Shown here in pieces: positions 19,830-30,600 of a DNA stretch of 64,000 bases; within the stretch, counting starts at the first letter, position 1; each line of letters begins with the position of its first letter. This DNA comes from Carpediemonas membranifera BICM (Eukaryota > Protista > Fornicata). The notes under the pieces were generated by a model that saw only the letters and a list, made by a program, of their open reading frames with translations, searched no databases and was not told the origin of the DNA. Position numbers and translations under genes: made by a program. The DNA is taken from the NCBI GenBank assembly GCA_019828565.1, contig JAHDYR010000048.1:4200-68199 (forward strand), in the 5' to 3' direction.

Positions 19830-20324
19830 ATGTCGGATCAAATACTGGAAAATTACGAGGGCGCCATAGTAGAAGGGCGCCCCCATGGACATGGAAAGAT
19901 CCGCAATGAGAATGGATCGATATATGTCGGTGATTTCTCGCTTGGAGAGTATCACGGTGAGGGGACACTCTATTTCCCCGGCCAAGGCAAAATAGACGGA
20001 TTCTGGGAGCATGGATCACTTAGTTCATTCAAGTTCTACTTTGAGGACGGCCTTCCTTTCGAGCTTCAGGACTGGGGCTACATTACCGAGAAGAACCGTC
20101 TCTTCCAAGCCGAGCTCGTCAACGGAATCGGCACACCAGTCACAAAGGAGCATCCCGATGGCACATACTTCGTCGGTGACGGCTACTATGACCCTAGCAA
20201 CGGCAAGGTGTTCGACTGTGAGACTGGGGCGGAGCTTCGTCGTGTGACTGGGACCAAGGAGGTCGAATGGATCAAGGCCAAGTGCTCATACAACTATAAG
20301 CCGGGGGACGTGCCCGGTAACTAG
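19830..20324 (+). CDS. MORN5: MORN repeat-containing protein 5
   Basis: MORN repeats (YVGDFSLGEYHGEGTLYFP), FEDGL...WGY...RLFQAEL.NG, GDGYYDP, EWIKAKC. Confidence 0.85.
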   Translation: MSDQILENYEGAIVEGRPHGHGKIRNENGSIYVGDFSLGEYHGEGTLYFPGQGKIDGFWEHGSLSSFKFYFEDGLPFELQDWGYITEKNRLFQAELVNGIGTPVTKEHPDGTYFVGDGYYDPSNGKVFDCETGAELRRVTGTKEVEWIKAKCSYNYKPGDVPGN

Positions 20325-20506
20325 GCGTGTACATATGATTGTATTAAACGAGTCAGCCTGACGCGGTGGCCGGCAGATGTGGGAGTCGACCATGAAGAAG
20401 TCATGAACGGTCCGTGCCCCGGGATAGGGGTCTTATCTTACTGCCGGTCTGATACTCTCCCTTGACATCGCACGATCCCGCGGGGGCAGATCAATGCTAA
20501 AACTGC

Positions 20507-22686
20507 ATGACACGAGCACTCTTGCTTGGCTTTCTCTTATCGATAGCTCTGATACTGATGGCCAACACAATGCTGAATCGCGAAGACAAACCCGCAACAC
20601 CGCACGGATACATGCGCTGGGACCTCAATGCCGCCGAAATCGAAGCCATGACGGCTCTTCTCATCAAGAGGGATGAGGTTTGTTCTCTACCAACCCAACT
20701 AACACTAGGATATCCTTAACAAGGTCGTGGCTATTCCCGATGCGGAGAGGACTTTTGCCAACACCTTTGAGCCCCTCATCGAAGACGTCACCGACGAAGC
20801 TGTCGGTTCCTCCATCTACCAGCCCTCCTACATCTCTCCTGTAGCATCAGTCCGCGACGCCTCGTTTGCTGCCAAGAAGGCGATGAGCGAATACGGTGTC
20901 ACTTCTTTTATGCGCCAGGACGTTTACGATGCCCTCGTTGCTCTAAAGAACAACACTCGCGAGTACGACGCAATGCACCCTGAGGCCCGCCGCATGCTCG
21001 ATAAGGCTATTGAGAAGCGCGAACGCAGTGGCCTAGGTCTACCCGAGGCGCAGCGTGAGAAGGTCAAGTCGATTCGGTCCGAGATCGTCAAACTCTGCAC
21101 GGAGTTCCAGGAAGTCGTTCAGAACGACGACACCCGCGTCCCCTTCACCAAGGAGGAGCTCGCTGGCATGAGTGATGACTTCCTCGAGTCTCTCACTCAT
21201 CTGGACGACGGGCGCTATGAGGTAACGCTCAAGTATCCCGACATCATCCCCATCGCACGCCAGTGCACTGTACGGGAGACCAGGAAGAAGATGAGCCTCG
21301 CTAAGGGCGCTGTTGGCTACCCCGAGAACCTCGAGCGCATGTCCAAGATCGTCTCTCTTCGGGCCGAGCTCGCTGAGCTTCTTTCTTTCAATACGTACGC
21401 AGACTATCGCCTTGCCGACCGCATGGCGAAGAGTGCGGATGGCGTGCACGCCTTCTACGAGGATCTTGTCCCCCGAGTTCACCCCGCCGCATCGAAGGAG
21501 GCCCAGGCCATTCTTGCCCGCTCCAAGACCGAGGGCGACCTCATAGCCCCATGGGACATGAGCTTCTACCAGCGTGAGATCGAGGAGGAGCAGTTTTCGG
21601 TCGACCACGAGGCTCTCCGCAAATATTTCCCCATGGACAACGTCCTGGACGCCATCACCGCTATTGTGGACAAGGTGCTCCACATCAAGCTGGAGAAGGT
21701 CCCCGCCCGCGTCCAGGTGGCGCACACTGGTGATGCTCGGGTCGCTCAGGCGTTGTACGATGATATGGCGAAGAACGGCATCATCGAGGGCGACAGCATC
21801 GCCGTGTGGCACGAAGACGCCGTACCCTTCAAGGCCTCCGACGAGTCCGGTGCTCTTCTCGGTTATCTCATCATGGACCTGCACCCCCGGCCCCATCGGT
21901 ATGCCCACGCTTGCATGATCACGCTCCAGCCAGCCTCTCACAACTCCCATGCTGTTATCGGCCTGCTCGCCAACTTCCCCCGCCCCACTGAGGGCAAGCC
22001 TGCATGTCTGAGACACTCTGACGTCGAGACGTTGCTTCACGAGGTTGGCCACTGCCTGCATGACTTGTCATCTGAGACTTACTACGCTGGTACATCTGGT
22101 ACCACTGGAATTGAGCATGACGCTGTGGAGCTCCCTTCCCAGTGGTTCGAGGGCTTTGCGTGGGATCGTGAGGCCCTTAAACTGCTCGGCACGTCGACTG
22201 ACGGCGTGGTCATCTCGGATGCTGAGATCGACAACCTTCTCAACTCCCGCAAGGCCAACAAGGGGCTGGGAATCATGCGCCAGGTGTTCTTCGGCCAAAT
22301 CGACCAGTACATCCACCAGAACGCCGGCCTGTCCGCTTCCGATCTCAAGGAGCGGTACGCTACCATGCGTGCTGAGCTGACGTATACCGAGGAGCCCGCC
22401 GAGTCCTGTGGCCTTGCCTCGTTCGCCCATCTCGTGGGTGGGTACGACTCTGCCGTTCGTTTTTACTTCCATTTTCATATTTACATAGTACTACGGCTAC
22501 ATGTGGGCAGACGTGCTTGCTGCCGACTGCAGACTTACAGGGCTCGACGGCGAGGGTGGACGGAAGTTCAGGAAGGAGGTACTCTCTCGGGGTGGGGCCC
22601 GGGACGCGGCAGACAGCGTCAGAGCGTTCCTCGGCCGTGATGCGAACGCCCAGGCGATGTTGAAGGAGCTTGGGTTGGTTGAGTAG
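20507..22686 (+). CDS. M3A metallo-oligopeptidase (thimet oligopeptidase/neurolysin family), 3 exons; N-terminal hydrophobic signal-like segment
   Basis: VTLKYP, DLHPRPHRYAHA, HEVGH (HEXXH), DAVELPSQWFE; GGYDSA|YYGYMWA is restored by splicing. Confidence 0.92.
20678..20708 (+). other. intron (31 nt)
   Basis: GTTTGT...ACTAACACTAG, canonical branch point next to the acceptor; restores frame. Confidence 0.9.
22455..22488 (+). other. intron (34 nt)
   Basis: GTTCGT...TTTACATAG; restores GGYDSAYYGYMW. Confidence 0.9.
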
Positions 22687-22829
22687 GTATAAATGGCATG
22701 ATTGGCCGAGGGGCGGGCCCTGACGGTCTCTATTATCATTTAGCGTTGCGGTTGGAATGTTTACGGGGTTCGCAGTGAGTGGACCGACCACCACACACTA
22801 CACTACATCATTTATTTATATTTGCAAGG

Positions 22830-25319
22830 TCAGATGGCATCGTCATCACCGTCCGCGGGACCGCGGGGAGGATGGTGCTGCAATGCATCCCGAGCGATGA
22901 AACGTTTTGAGGGACTGCCATCGTCATCCTGCCTGCTGCCCTCCGACCCAGCGTCTACCAGGCCGACCTCCATGTCCCTGAGCCACCCGATGGTTGACTC
23001 GAGGAGCATGGCGGACTCACTGAAGTCGGGATTAGAGCCCTGGCTTCCAGAGAAGTGGCTGCCTGGGCTGCGTCCTGGCTCGTCAGCTGCATCGTCATCG
23101 ACGTCGGGGGCCCGTTTTGATGGCCAGTTATCGTCATCGCCATCGTAGCGTCGTGTCACAGGGCATGGCGTGTGGCGACGCAAGGCTTCACTGAGCGATG
23201 CAACCCGACCGGCGAGGGTCGATTGCAGCTCAGTGTTCTGGACCTTGATCGCGGTGTTCGTTGTGGTTGTGCGCTTTGTCTTCTCGCGCTGTTTCACTTT
23301 CCGGAGTCGGCTAGCTTCAGTTTCGAACGCAGCACCGTGTAACTCGCTGCTGGGCTGCTCCAGATCGACGGGCTCCACCTCCGCAACAGGGGCATCCAAT
23401 GGCGGGCACTCGACCCCCAGCTGGCCGAGGACCCAGTCTAGCGCGGCGATCTGCCCGCGGAGGTGGGAGTTGACCAGGCTGAGGTCGTAGTGTCGCTGCC
23501 GGATCACCCCAGGTGTCTTCTTGGCAGCCTCTTCGGGATCCTCACGTGTTTCAGCGGGATAAGGGACTGCTTCCATCGTGCTGCCGTCGAACCCGGAGAG
23601 TGCTCCGGAAATGTCTTCCTCGGCGAGGCCAAGGGCGACCTGGAGGTCATTGATCTCGGCCATCACGGCGTTGATCTCATCCCTCAGGATGGCGTTGTTA
23701 GCAAGGTTGCGCTGCTTTGCCGTCATTCCAGAAGCATCGACCTTGACGTCGCGCTTGGATGGTAGCACACGGTCGGTGTTCCCAGGCGCATTGCCGCGAC
23801 CAAGCAGCATCCGTACATAGAGGAGCGCCTTCTGCGCGCCCTGCCGCCACTTGGCCTCCTTCATGACCTTGAGCTTGTGCTCCAGAAGATCGCGTCTTGG
23901 TAGTTCTGCCAAGCCAACCTGGGTGGGAAGCGCACACAGCGACGGCCCTGGATAAGCTGGATGAGCGGCATCTCCAACCTTAGGGGCGAGTATGTCACCG
24001 GAAGGCTTGCCGCCGCAAAGGAAGGAGGGCTGAAGCTTTGGGAGATGCATACGCATGTCAAGGTCCAGGTCCATTGCCTGCATCATGCCGATCATCATTC
24101 GCGAGTCCCCTGCACCATCGCTCCCATTGCTCTTGCGGTAATGCTTGGGCTGGTGGGCGTCGTCGTCGGCCTCGTAGTGACCTCGCTTTGTGTCGTGACC
24201 ATTGGCTGCCCCACCGTCGCTGTCATCGTCGTCGCAAGTGGGCCGGATCACCGCTGCGCCAGACTTGCGGATGTAGCGCTCGAGGAGCTCATCGAGAGAT
24301 GCTTCGCGATCAGGCAAGAGCTCGGTGAGCAGCGTGCTCTGCGCGACTAGCTTCGCACTCATATCGTCCAGAAGGACCTCCTCTTTGCGTTTTCTTTCTG
24401 TCTTGAGTTGACCGACTTTCTTCTCCCTCTTATCGTCGCTAAGCCCAGCATCGGGTTCCTGCCGCTCGACAGGATCAGGCTCGGGGATTGCGTTGGGTGT
24501 CGCGTGACTGCTCGTGACGTTGAGAAGGTTGAGCACCCAGTCATAAGTCTCGACATGCCCACGCAGCCTGCGGTTCTCGAGACGACACTCGAAGTTGTTC
24601 GCGATAGAGGCCCTCTTGCCGCTGCGTCTCCGTCGAATTGGGGAGGGAAGGCGGAATATTTTGCCAAGCCTCCTCTGATCTGAAGGTGGGCGTCTCAGGG
24701 CCTCGACGATCTTGCCCTCACACCGCTCTAGTGCCTCCCTGAGAGAGGCAATCTCTCCTGCAATGAGCCTGATCTCCGCGCGAAGCCTGTCCCTCTTCCA
24801 TTTCGCTCGATCATTTGATCCCTCGATATCGGCGGGGGCTTCGAAGTCGAGCACGCTTGGCATGGCTCTATCAGTGGGGTCGAACTGTACTGGGTCGGTG
24901 ATGAGGCCGCAGGCCCAAAGTTTCTGTTGGATCTCTTCTTCGGATTCACGAGCACCCTGCAACCAACAAAGCAACTCCATCAGCTCTAGCTTGCGCTGCA
25001 GAAGCGGCCCAGTAGTTCTAGGTAGCGTGTCACTCGACAGGGTGTCGACATTGTGCCTCCGTGATGGCCTCTCCATGGTCTCCATTGGCAGCTCATGTGC
25101 TCTGGGCGGGAGTGGGATTCGGGACTCACCGGATGACTGGTCAGATGAAACATCTTGGCCCTCCGTGACGTTGATGTTCTGGGACGATGGGAGCTGACAC
25201 CTGTATACAGATCCATCGAGAAGGTCAACAATGGGGATGCTCGAAGCGTTTGCCTTCTGCTGGGAATCTTCAGGCAGAGAAGCGCTATTGTCTGGCAAAT
25301 TACCACGATTGCCCGTCAT
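22830..25319 (-). CDS. lineage-specific coiled-coil protein with two diverged copies of an unrecognised ~200-aa module
   Basis: Repeated pattern LL..KL..M....W.QGA...LR.EI.....EI..L..AL...L.N..LRG.....DWVL..L.V. Confidence 0.6.
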   Translation of the reverse strand: MTGNRGNLPDNSASLPEDSQQKANASSIPIVDLLDGSVYRCQLPSSQNINVTEGQDVSSDQSSGESRIPLPPRAHELPMETMERPSRRHNVDTLSSDTLPRTTGPLLQRKLELMELLCWLQGARESEEEIQQKLWACGLITDPVQFDPTDRAMPSVLDFEAPADIEGSNDRAKWKRDRLRAEIRLIAGEIASLREALERCEGKIVEALRRPPSDQRRLGKIFRLPSPIRRRRSGKRASIANNFECRLENRRLRGHVETYDWVLNLLNVTSSHATPNAIPEPDPVERQEPDAGLSDDKREKKVGQLKTERKRKEEVLLDDMSAKLVAQSTLLTELLPDREASLDELLERYIRKSGAAVIRPTCDDDDSDGGAANGHDTKRGHYEADDDAHQPKHYRKSNGSDGAGDSRMMIGMMQAMDLDLDMRMHLPKLQPSFLCGGKPSGDILAPKVGDAAHPAYPGPSLCALPTQVGLAELPRRDLLEHKLKVMKEAKWRQGAQKALLYVRMLLGRGNAPGNTDRVLPSKRDVKVDASGMTAKQRNLANNAILRDEINAVMAEINDLQVALGLAEEDISGALSGFDGSTMEAVPYPAETREDPEEAAKKTPGVIRQRHYDLSLVNSHLRGQIAALDWVLGQLGVECPPLDAPVAEVEPVDLEQPSSELHGAAFETEASRLRKVKQREKTKRTTTTNTAIKVQNTELQSTLAGRVASLSEALRRHTPCPVTRRYDGDDDNWPSKRAPDVDDDAADEPGRSPGSHFSGSQGSNPDFSESAMLLESTIGWLRDMEVGLVDAGSEGSRQDDDGSPSKRFIARDALQHHPPRGPADGDDDAI
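22928..23885. repeat. ~960-bp near-identical direct repeat of 30259-31216
   Basis: Constant offset of 7331 nt with scattered substitutions; diverged similarity extends ~45 nt further. Confidence 0.92.
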
Positions 25320-25680
25320 TTGCTGGACTTTCACTCCTTTTGGTTTTAAAGCATTGCCGACAAAGTGACACAGCCCGAATTACATTATACATTTGTCTAA
25401 CATAACAGTGTGTTTTATGTCCATAACACCTTCTAAGACTATGAGAGCCACTCCTTTGATACATAGCCATCAGTTGACTGTTCCACCGGCTTGTGCCCTT
25501 GTTTCCGACTCGATAACGGCCATTTCGTCTGAGAAACCGACTCAGTCGTTTGGCACGGGTTGGTCCTGTTGGTGACAGCAGACAACGGTAGCTGGAAGTC
25601 TCATTTGGTGTGACGAGACAAGAGGGTCCAAGAATTTGGTGGTGTCATGATGGAAAAACGACCGATCTCTCTTTGAACGC

Positions 25681-27437
25681 ATGGTTGCATCCAATTCTAC
25701 GTGCGATAGTGCTAGAACACCGCTGATTGTGATGCATCGCCTTTCTGCCACGGCGGCAGGTGATGTGCCTGGCGACATTCCCAATCTTATCCGCCATGCT
25801 TTCTCCAGACACTTCAACGAGGTTCTTCCAGAAGCACAGATATAGAGACAACTATACCGACCAGCTCCACTAAGCAGGAACTCCTCGCCATGCTTACCAC
25901 GATGCCCCCACTCGTTCCAGCTGCCAGTTCCTCCTCAACCGAGCTCGTACCACACTCGAGGACTGCAAGTAGGACACTGACGGAGACGGAGGTCAGCATG
26001 AACATCACGCTGCTTCCTGGCCAGGACCTCCCCGCGCGATTCTTCACCCTGCTCCAGGGCACGCTGGGGCCATCCTCATGCACGCTGGGGCCGACCCGGA
26101 CCTGGAGAACACTGAGACACATTCCGAACTCTCGCAGAAGGAAATGTGGTTCCTCTGCAGGAAGTTCTACTTCAGCATGCTCGTCGCTGAGAAGGACGGC
26201 AGCGTCAGGTCGATTGCATACAGCTCGACGTCTTCAGAGCCTTTTTACGAGCCTGGATCTGCCCCAGACGAGACTACTGATACTGTGTGGACTCTCCATC
26301 GGTTCGCAGGCCCAGTTTTCGAGCGGGGACCTTGTAGCACCAGATTTACCTGGGTCCGCATGCCGCCAGTGTACGAAACCACTGCCCATGACGCATGCTT
26401 CATCGCCCAGACCGTGAAGGGCCTCTACTGGTGGAGATCTGAAGTGATTTCCAATGATGGGCCAGTTCGGAGTTGGAATGACATGAGCTACGACTTCAGT
26501 ATCCCATGCTCAGGGTGGGGTGGGCAAGCAGTCGAGGCTACTTGTTGGGGTGAGTCTATCGAGCAGCAATAAGACCCCAGCTGGGCTCCGGGATGGATCG
26601 AAACTTGCTGTCCAGCCCTTGTTCCATTCACCGACTGCCCTAAAGTCGCCAGGTACGCTGCCAGCCTGCCCCACTGGCGGAAACATCGTATAGTGCGCTC
26701 GATCGTAGATGTAGTGGGATGCATATTCCTGCTGACGCCTGTTGACCTTGTTGTCTGGGGTGACGTCGCTGAGGAGTTCGCAGGTAACGCCGCGAAAGGC
26801 CTGACTTCATTCTGTCCAGTCAGCCTTCCGTCAGGTTCTGTCCCAGATCACATCATGACAGAGTCTGGCGTTGTGGTTTTGACGTGTGGTCGGAAGCAGA
26901 TGATCGCTGACCGCGACAAACCCGAGCTTGAGATCGGTTGGTCAGGTGGTCCAGAGCAGCAGTTTGTGGATTTACCGTTTTGGGTTGACCGCATTCACCA
27001 CGTTTCCGTCTTTCCTTTCGTTCAGTATCTTCCTCAGCGGCGACGACAAGATTCTTACCAGGGCCGGGGTCGACGAAGTTCTTTCCCATGATTTCAGGGG
27101 GATTTATGAAGACAGCGAGACAAAGGTGTGGGCCACTGAAAGCGAGACGCGACACATTTGTACCAGAGAGCGTATGCTTGATGCGTACATCGATGGGGGG
27201 AAACTGGCACCAGGTATTGTCGAGCGTTCCGTTCAATTTGCTGCAACTCACTTCAGTGCACGTGACGAGTGCGTGATGTTCTGCGACAAGCGGCTGCTGG
27301 TTCCTCTCGGATGGAGAAGATGTGACGCGATGCTCTGCGCCAGACTATGGGACGAGTATTATTTGGTGTTGTTGACAAGTTTTAAAGATCAGAGAGTGGT
27401 GTGTATCGAGATCTGTTACTGCCAATTGGAGGCATAA
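25681..27437 (+). pseudogene. frameshifted paralogue of the central domain of the 1350-aa protein
   Basis: Fragments in successive frames GDVPGDIPNLIRHAFSRH, LLQGT, AGADPDL, WFLCRKFYF, MPPVYE, LPSGSVPDHI and FVDLPFWV match the 1350-aa ORF; there are several stops and frameshifts. Confidence 0.8.
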
Positions 27438-27616
27438 TACACATCAACTAGAATATAAAGCTGGTGATTATGGCCTCTGTGCATCCAGTCATACCCAACC
27501 CAGCTGCTTCAGAGGCCTGGGCGATGATGGCTCCTGGCCAGAAGGAATCAGCGCGAGTCAATAGAGAACAATGATTGAGTTAAATCACATTTACCACATT
27601 ATGCACGCCAACGCGA

Positions 27617-30600
27617 TTAGACCAAAGCTTCGCCAGCCAGGTCGACCTGCGTCTCTTCAGTCACACCTCTCACATCCAGGCCCTTGAGGTCCCACAGCTT
27701 GGCCGTCTTGTCCATTGAGCTGCTGACCAGTGTCGACCCGTCCTGGGAGAAGTCCACACGCCGCACGTTCTGTGCATGGCCGCGAAGAGTACGCATGCAC
27801 TTGCCCGTGGCGACGTCCCACAGCTTGATCGTCGCGTCACGGGAGGAAGAAGCAATCATCCTTCCGTCGGGCGAGAATCTGAGTCCGCGAACGAATTGGG
27901 TGTGCGCGCCCTCCTCGAACCTCGCGAGGCAGGCCCCGGTGGCCACATCCCAGATCCGGACGAACCGCTCGTAGCCGCAAGACGCGAGAAGCGTGCTATC
28001 AGGTGAGAAAGCAACGCAGAACACGCTGCCGCCCTGTTCTTCGAGCGTCTGAATCACTGCACCGGACGCAGCGTCCCAGAGCTTGATCGTGCGGTCATCG
28101 GACCCGGATGCGATCAGCTTGCTGTTGGGCGAGATAGCCACGCAGTTGGTCTGCTTGCCATGATCCATGCCTCTCCAGGCCATGCGGTTCCGGGCCAGAT
28201 CCCAGGCGATGATGGCACCGTCACCCGAGCTTGAGGCTGCGAGTGTCTTGTCAGGAGACAGAGCGATGCCGACGATCCACTTGTTGTGGCCCACTAGCGG
28301 TTTGCCAATGAGCTCACCCGTTTCTGCGCTCCACACCTGGACAGTCTTGAGACCTCCAGTGACGAGAAGCTTGCCGTCAGGTGACGCTGCGACATCCCAG
28401 ATCTGCTCACCGGTCGGGACGTTCAGTCTGCACTGGCCGGTGGCATCCCAGATTCGAAGGGTCTGGTCCCAGCTACTCGATGCAACCGAGCCGTCGGGGA
28501 GCATGGCGACAGCAACGACGCTAGCCCAGTTCGACGCAGCGTGGCCACGATAAGTGTAGATGGACTCGTCGATCGCGTGATCGGTCGTCTTGGGCCAGGT
28601 CTGTTGATCCTCGATGGTGACGAGGGGCTTATCACCAGAGTCGAGTGTGACACCGTTGACCTGTCTTTCCACTTGATCCATGCTAAGGTCACTGGCAGTG
28701 GGCGCGGAGTCAAGCTCCACTGTCTCATATCCAAGCTTGGCAGGCAGCTCTGCGATCTGATCAGCGGATGGTGACGCGAGGTCGACTCTGAGCCAACCAT
28801 CGTCGGTCTTGACAAAGACTGTCTGCTCGAATGTGCTTGGCGAGAACACGACAGCGGAGGCCTTGGCAGTGATGGAAGCGGTCAGGACTCGCGTGTTCGT
28901 GTCATCGGAGACATCCTTGACGATGCGGGTCGACCCATCGGCCACGAGGGCCACAAGCAGGGGGTGCATGGCGAAGCGTTCAGTCCCAGATGGGAAATGG
29001 AGAGAGCTGGCAAAGTCGCCGGTTGATTCAGGGAGCAGGCCCGACGCGGTCATGGCGGGCGTCGATCGGCCGACAAACATGACCTGCTGGCGACTGCCGA
29101 GCAGGCTGAAGTCGTTGTTGCTGTGAGCCCATTCGACCCAGAACGGCAAGTCGGTGAAGGAACCTCTCTGGTCGTTGCTGCCGATCGCGCCAATGTCGCT
29201 GCCGACGATCTGCCAGTCGCCCATTGTGAGTACGACGCTCTGAGCGGTGGAGACGATGCCATTAGGGATGAAGCCGTCGGGCAGGGCCATGGGGTGGAAC
29301 ATGCATACGTCTGCCTCAGGCACGGACTCGTCGATCAGCCCCTTGTTGCCCAGTGAGACGGCGCCGACTGGGGTCAGGATGGCCGTCCAGTCGCGGTGGT
29401 GGTCAATCACCAGCCCGTGTCGGTGCCAGTCGCGGATGCCTGCCACGTATTCGTGCACTTCGGGACAGTGCAAGAACGCGACTCGGGCCGGCCTAGCCAT
29501 CCTACGCCTCGGGTCCTGCTCGTTGAATCCGGGAGGGATCGTATCGCGACAGAAGCCGTATACGCCACTCGTTGTGACGAGCAGGATGGAGTGAGTGCCC
29601 AGACCGTGGTGCTCGAGGATCGGGGGGACGTGGACCCTCTGGTACCGGTCCACCTCGCCGAAGGTCGTGCGGAACTCGAAGAGTCGGCCCGCGTTGAACC
29701 TGTGAAGCATGGAGTGGATGTCGCCTGGGTGCTGCGGGTCGAACGACTCGTCTCTGAAGAAGCCGTTGGTCAACGCGACCTGGTTGCAGAAGTAGAACTT
29801 CTTGCAGAGGAACCACACGAGCTTGTCTGCCACTGTGTATGGGTCTCTCGTGGTCTGAGATGCCTGGGACGGGTCGGCTGAGGGGCCGTTGAGGTCCGGG
29901 TCGGCACCGGCTTCCATGAGGATGGCCCAAGCCGTTCCCTGGAGCAGGGTGTGCAGGGCGTCGGGAAGCTCCATGTTCTCGTCGAGCTCGACGTTCATGG
30001 ACAGCGGGGGGCCGTCTGTGAGGATCGAGCGGGCGCGGTCGAGGAGGGTCTGGGCCTCAGGCTTGAGCTCGGGAATGGCATCGAGCATGGCACTGAGCTC
30101 GTCGAGGTCGGCTGGTGTGGGCTCGATGACCTCCGGCTTCTGCACTGACGGCATGACCCCGCCAACGTGCCTCGAGTAGACGTGCCTCAGCAGCGTGGGG
30201 ATGTCCCCGGGGACGTCGGCCGTCACCGCCAGAGAGCGACGATACGCATCAACGAGTGCCTGCCTGCTGCCCTCCGACCCAGCGTCTACCAGGCCGACCT
30301 CCATGTCCCTGAGCCACCCGATGGCTGACTCGAGGAGTATGGCGGACTCACTGAAGTCGGGATTAGAGCCCTGGCTTCCAGAGAAGTGGCTGCCTGGGCT
30401 GCGTCCTGACTCGTCAGCTGCATCGTCATCGACGTCGGGGGCCCGTTTTGATGGCCAGTTATCGTCATCGCCATCGTAGCGTCGTGTCACAGGGCATGGC
30501 GTGTGGCGACGCAAGGCTTCACTGAGCGATGCAACCCGACCGGCGAGGGTCGATTGCAGCTCAGTGTTCTGGTCCTCGATCGCGGTGTTCGTTGTGGTTG

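Noticed and set aside
20381-20460. Possible C/D box snoRNA (ATGAAGA...CTGA with a short terminal stem)
   Set aside because: The C box is imperfect and I could not identify an rRNA-complementary guide.
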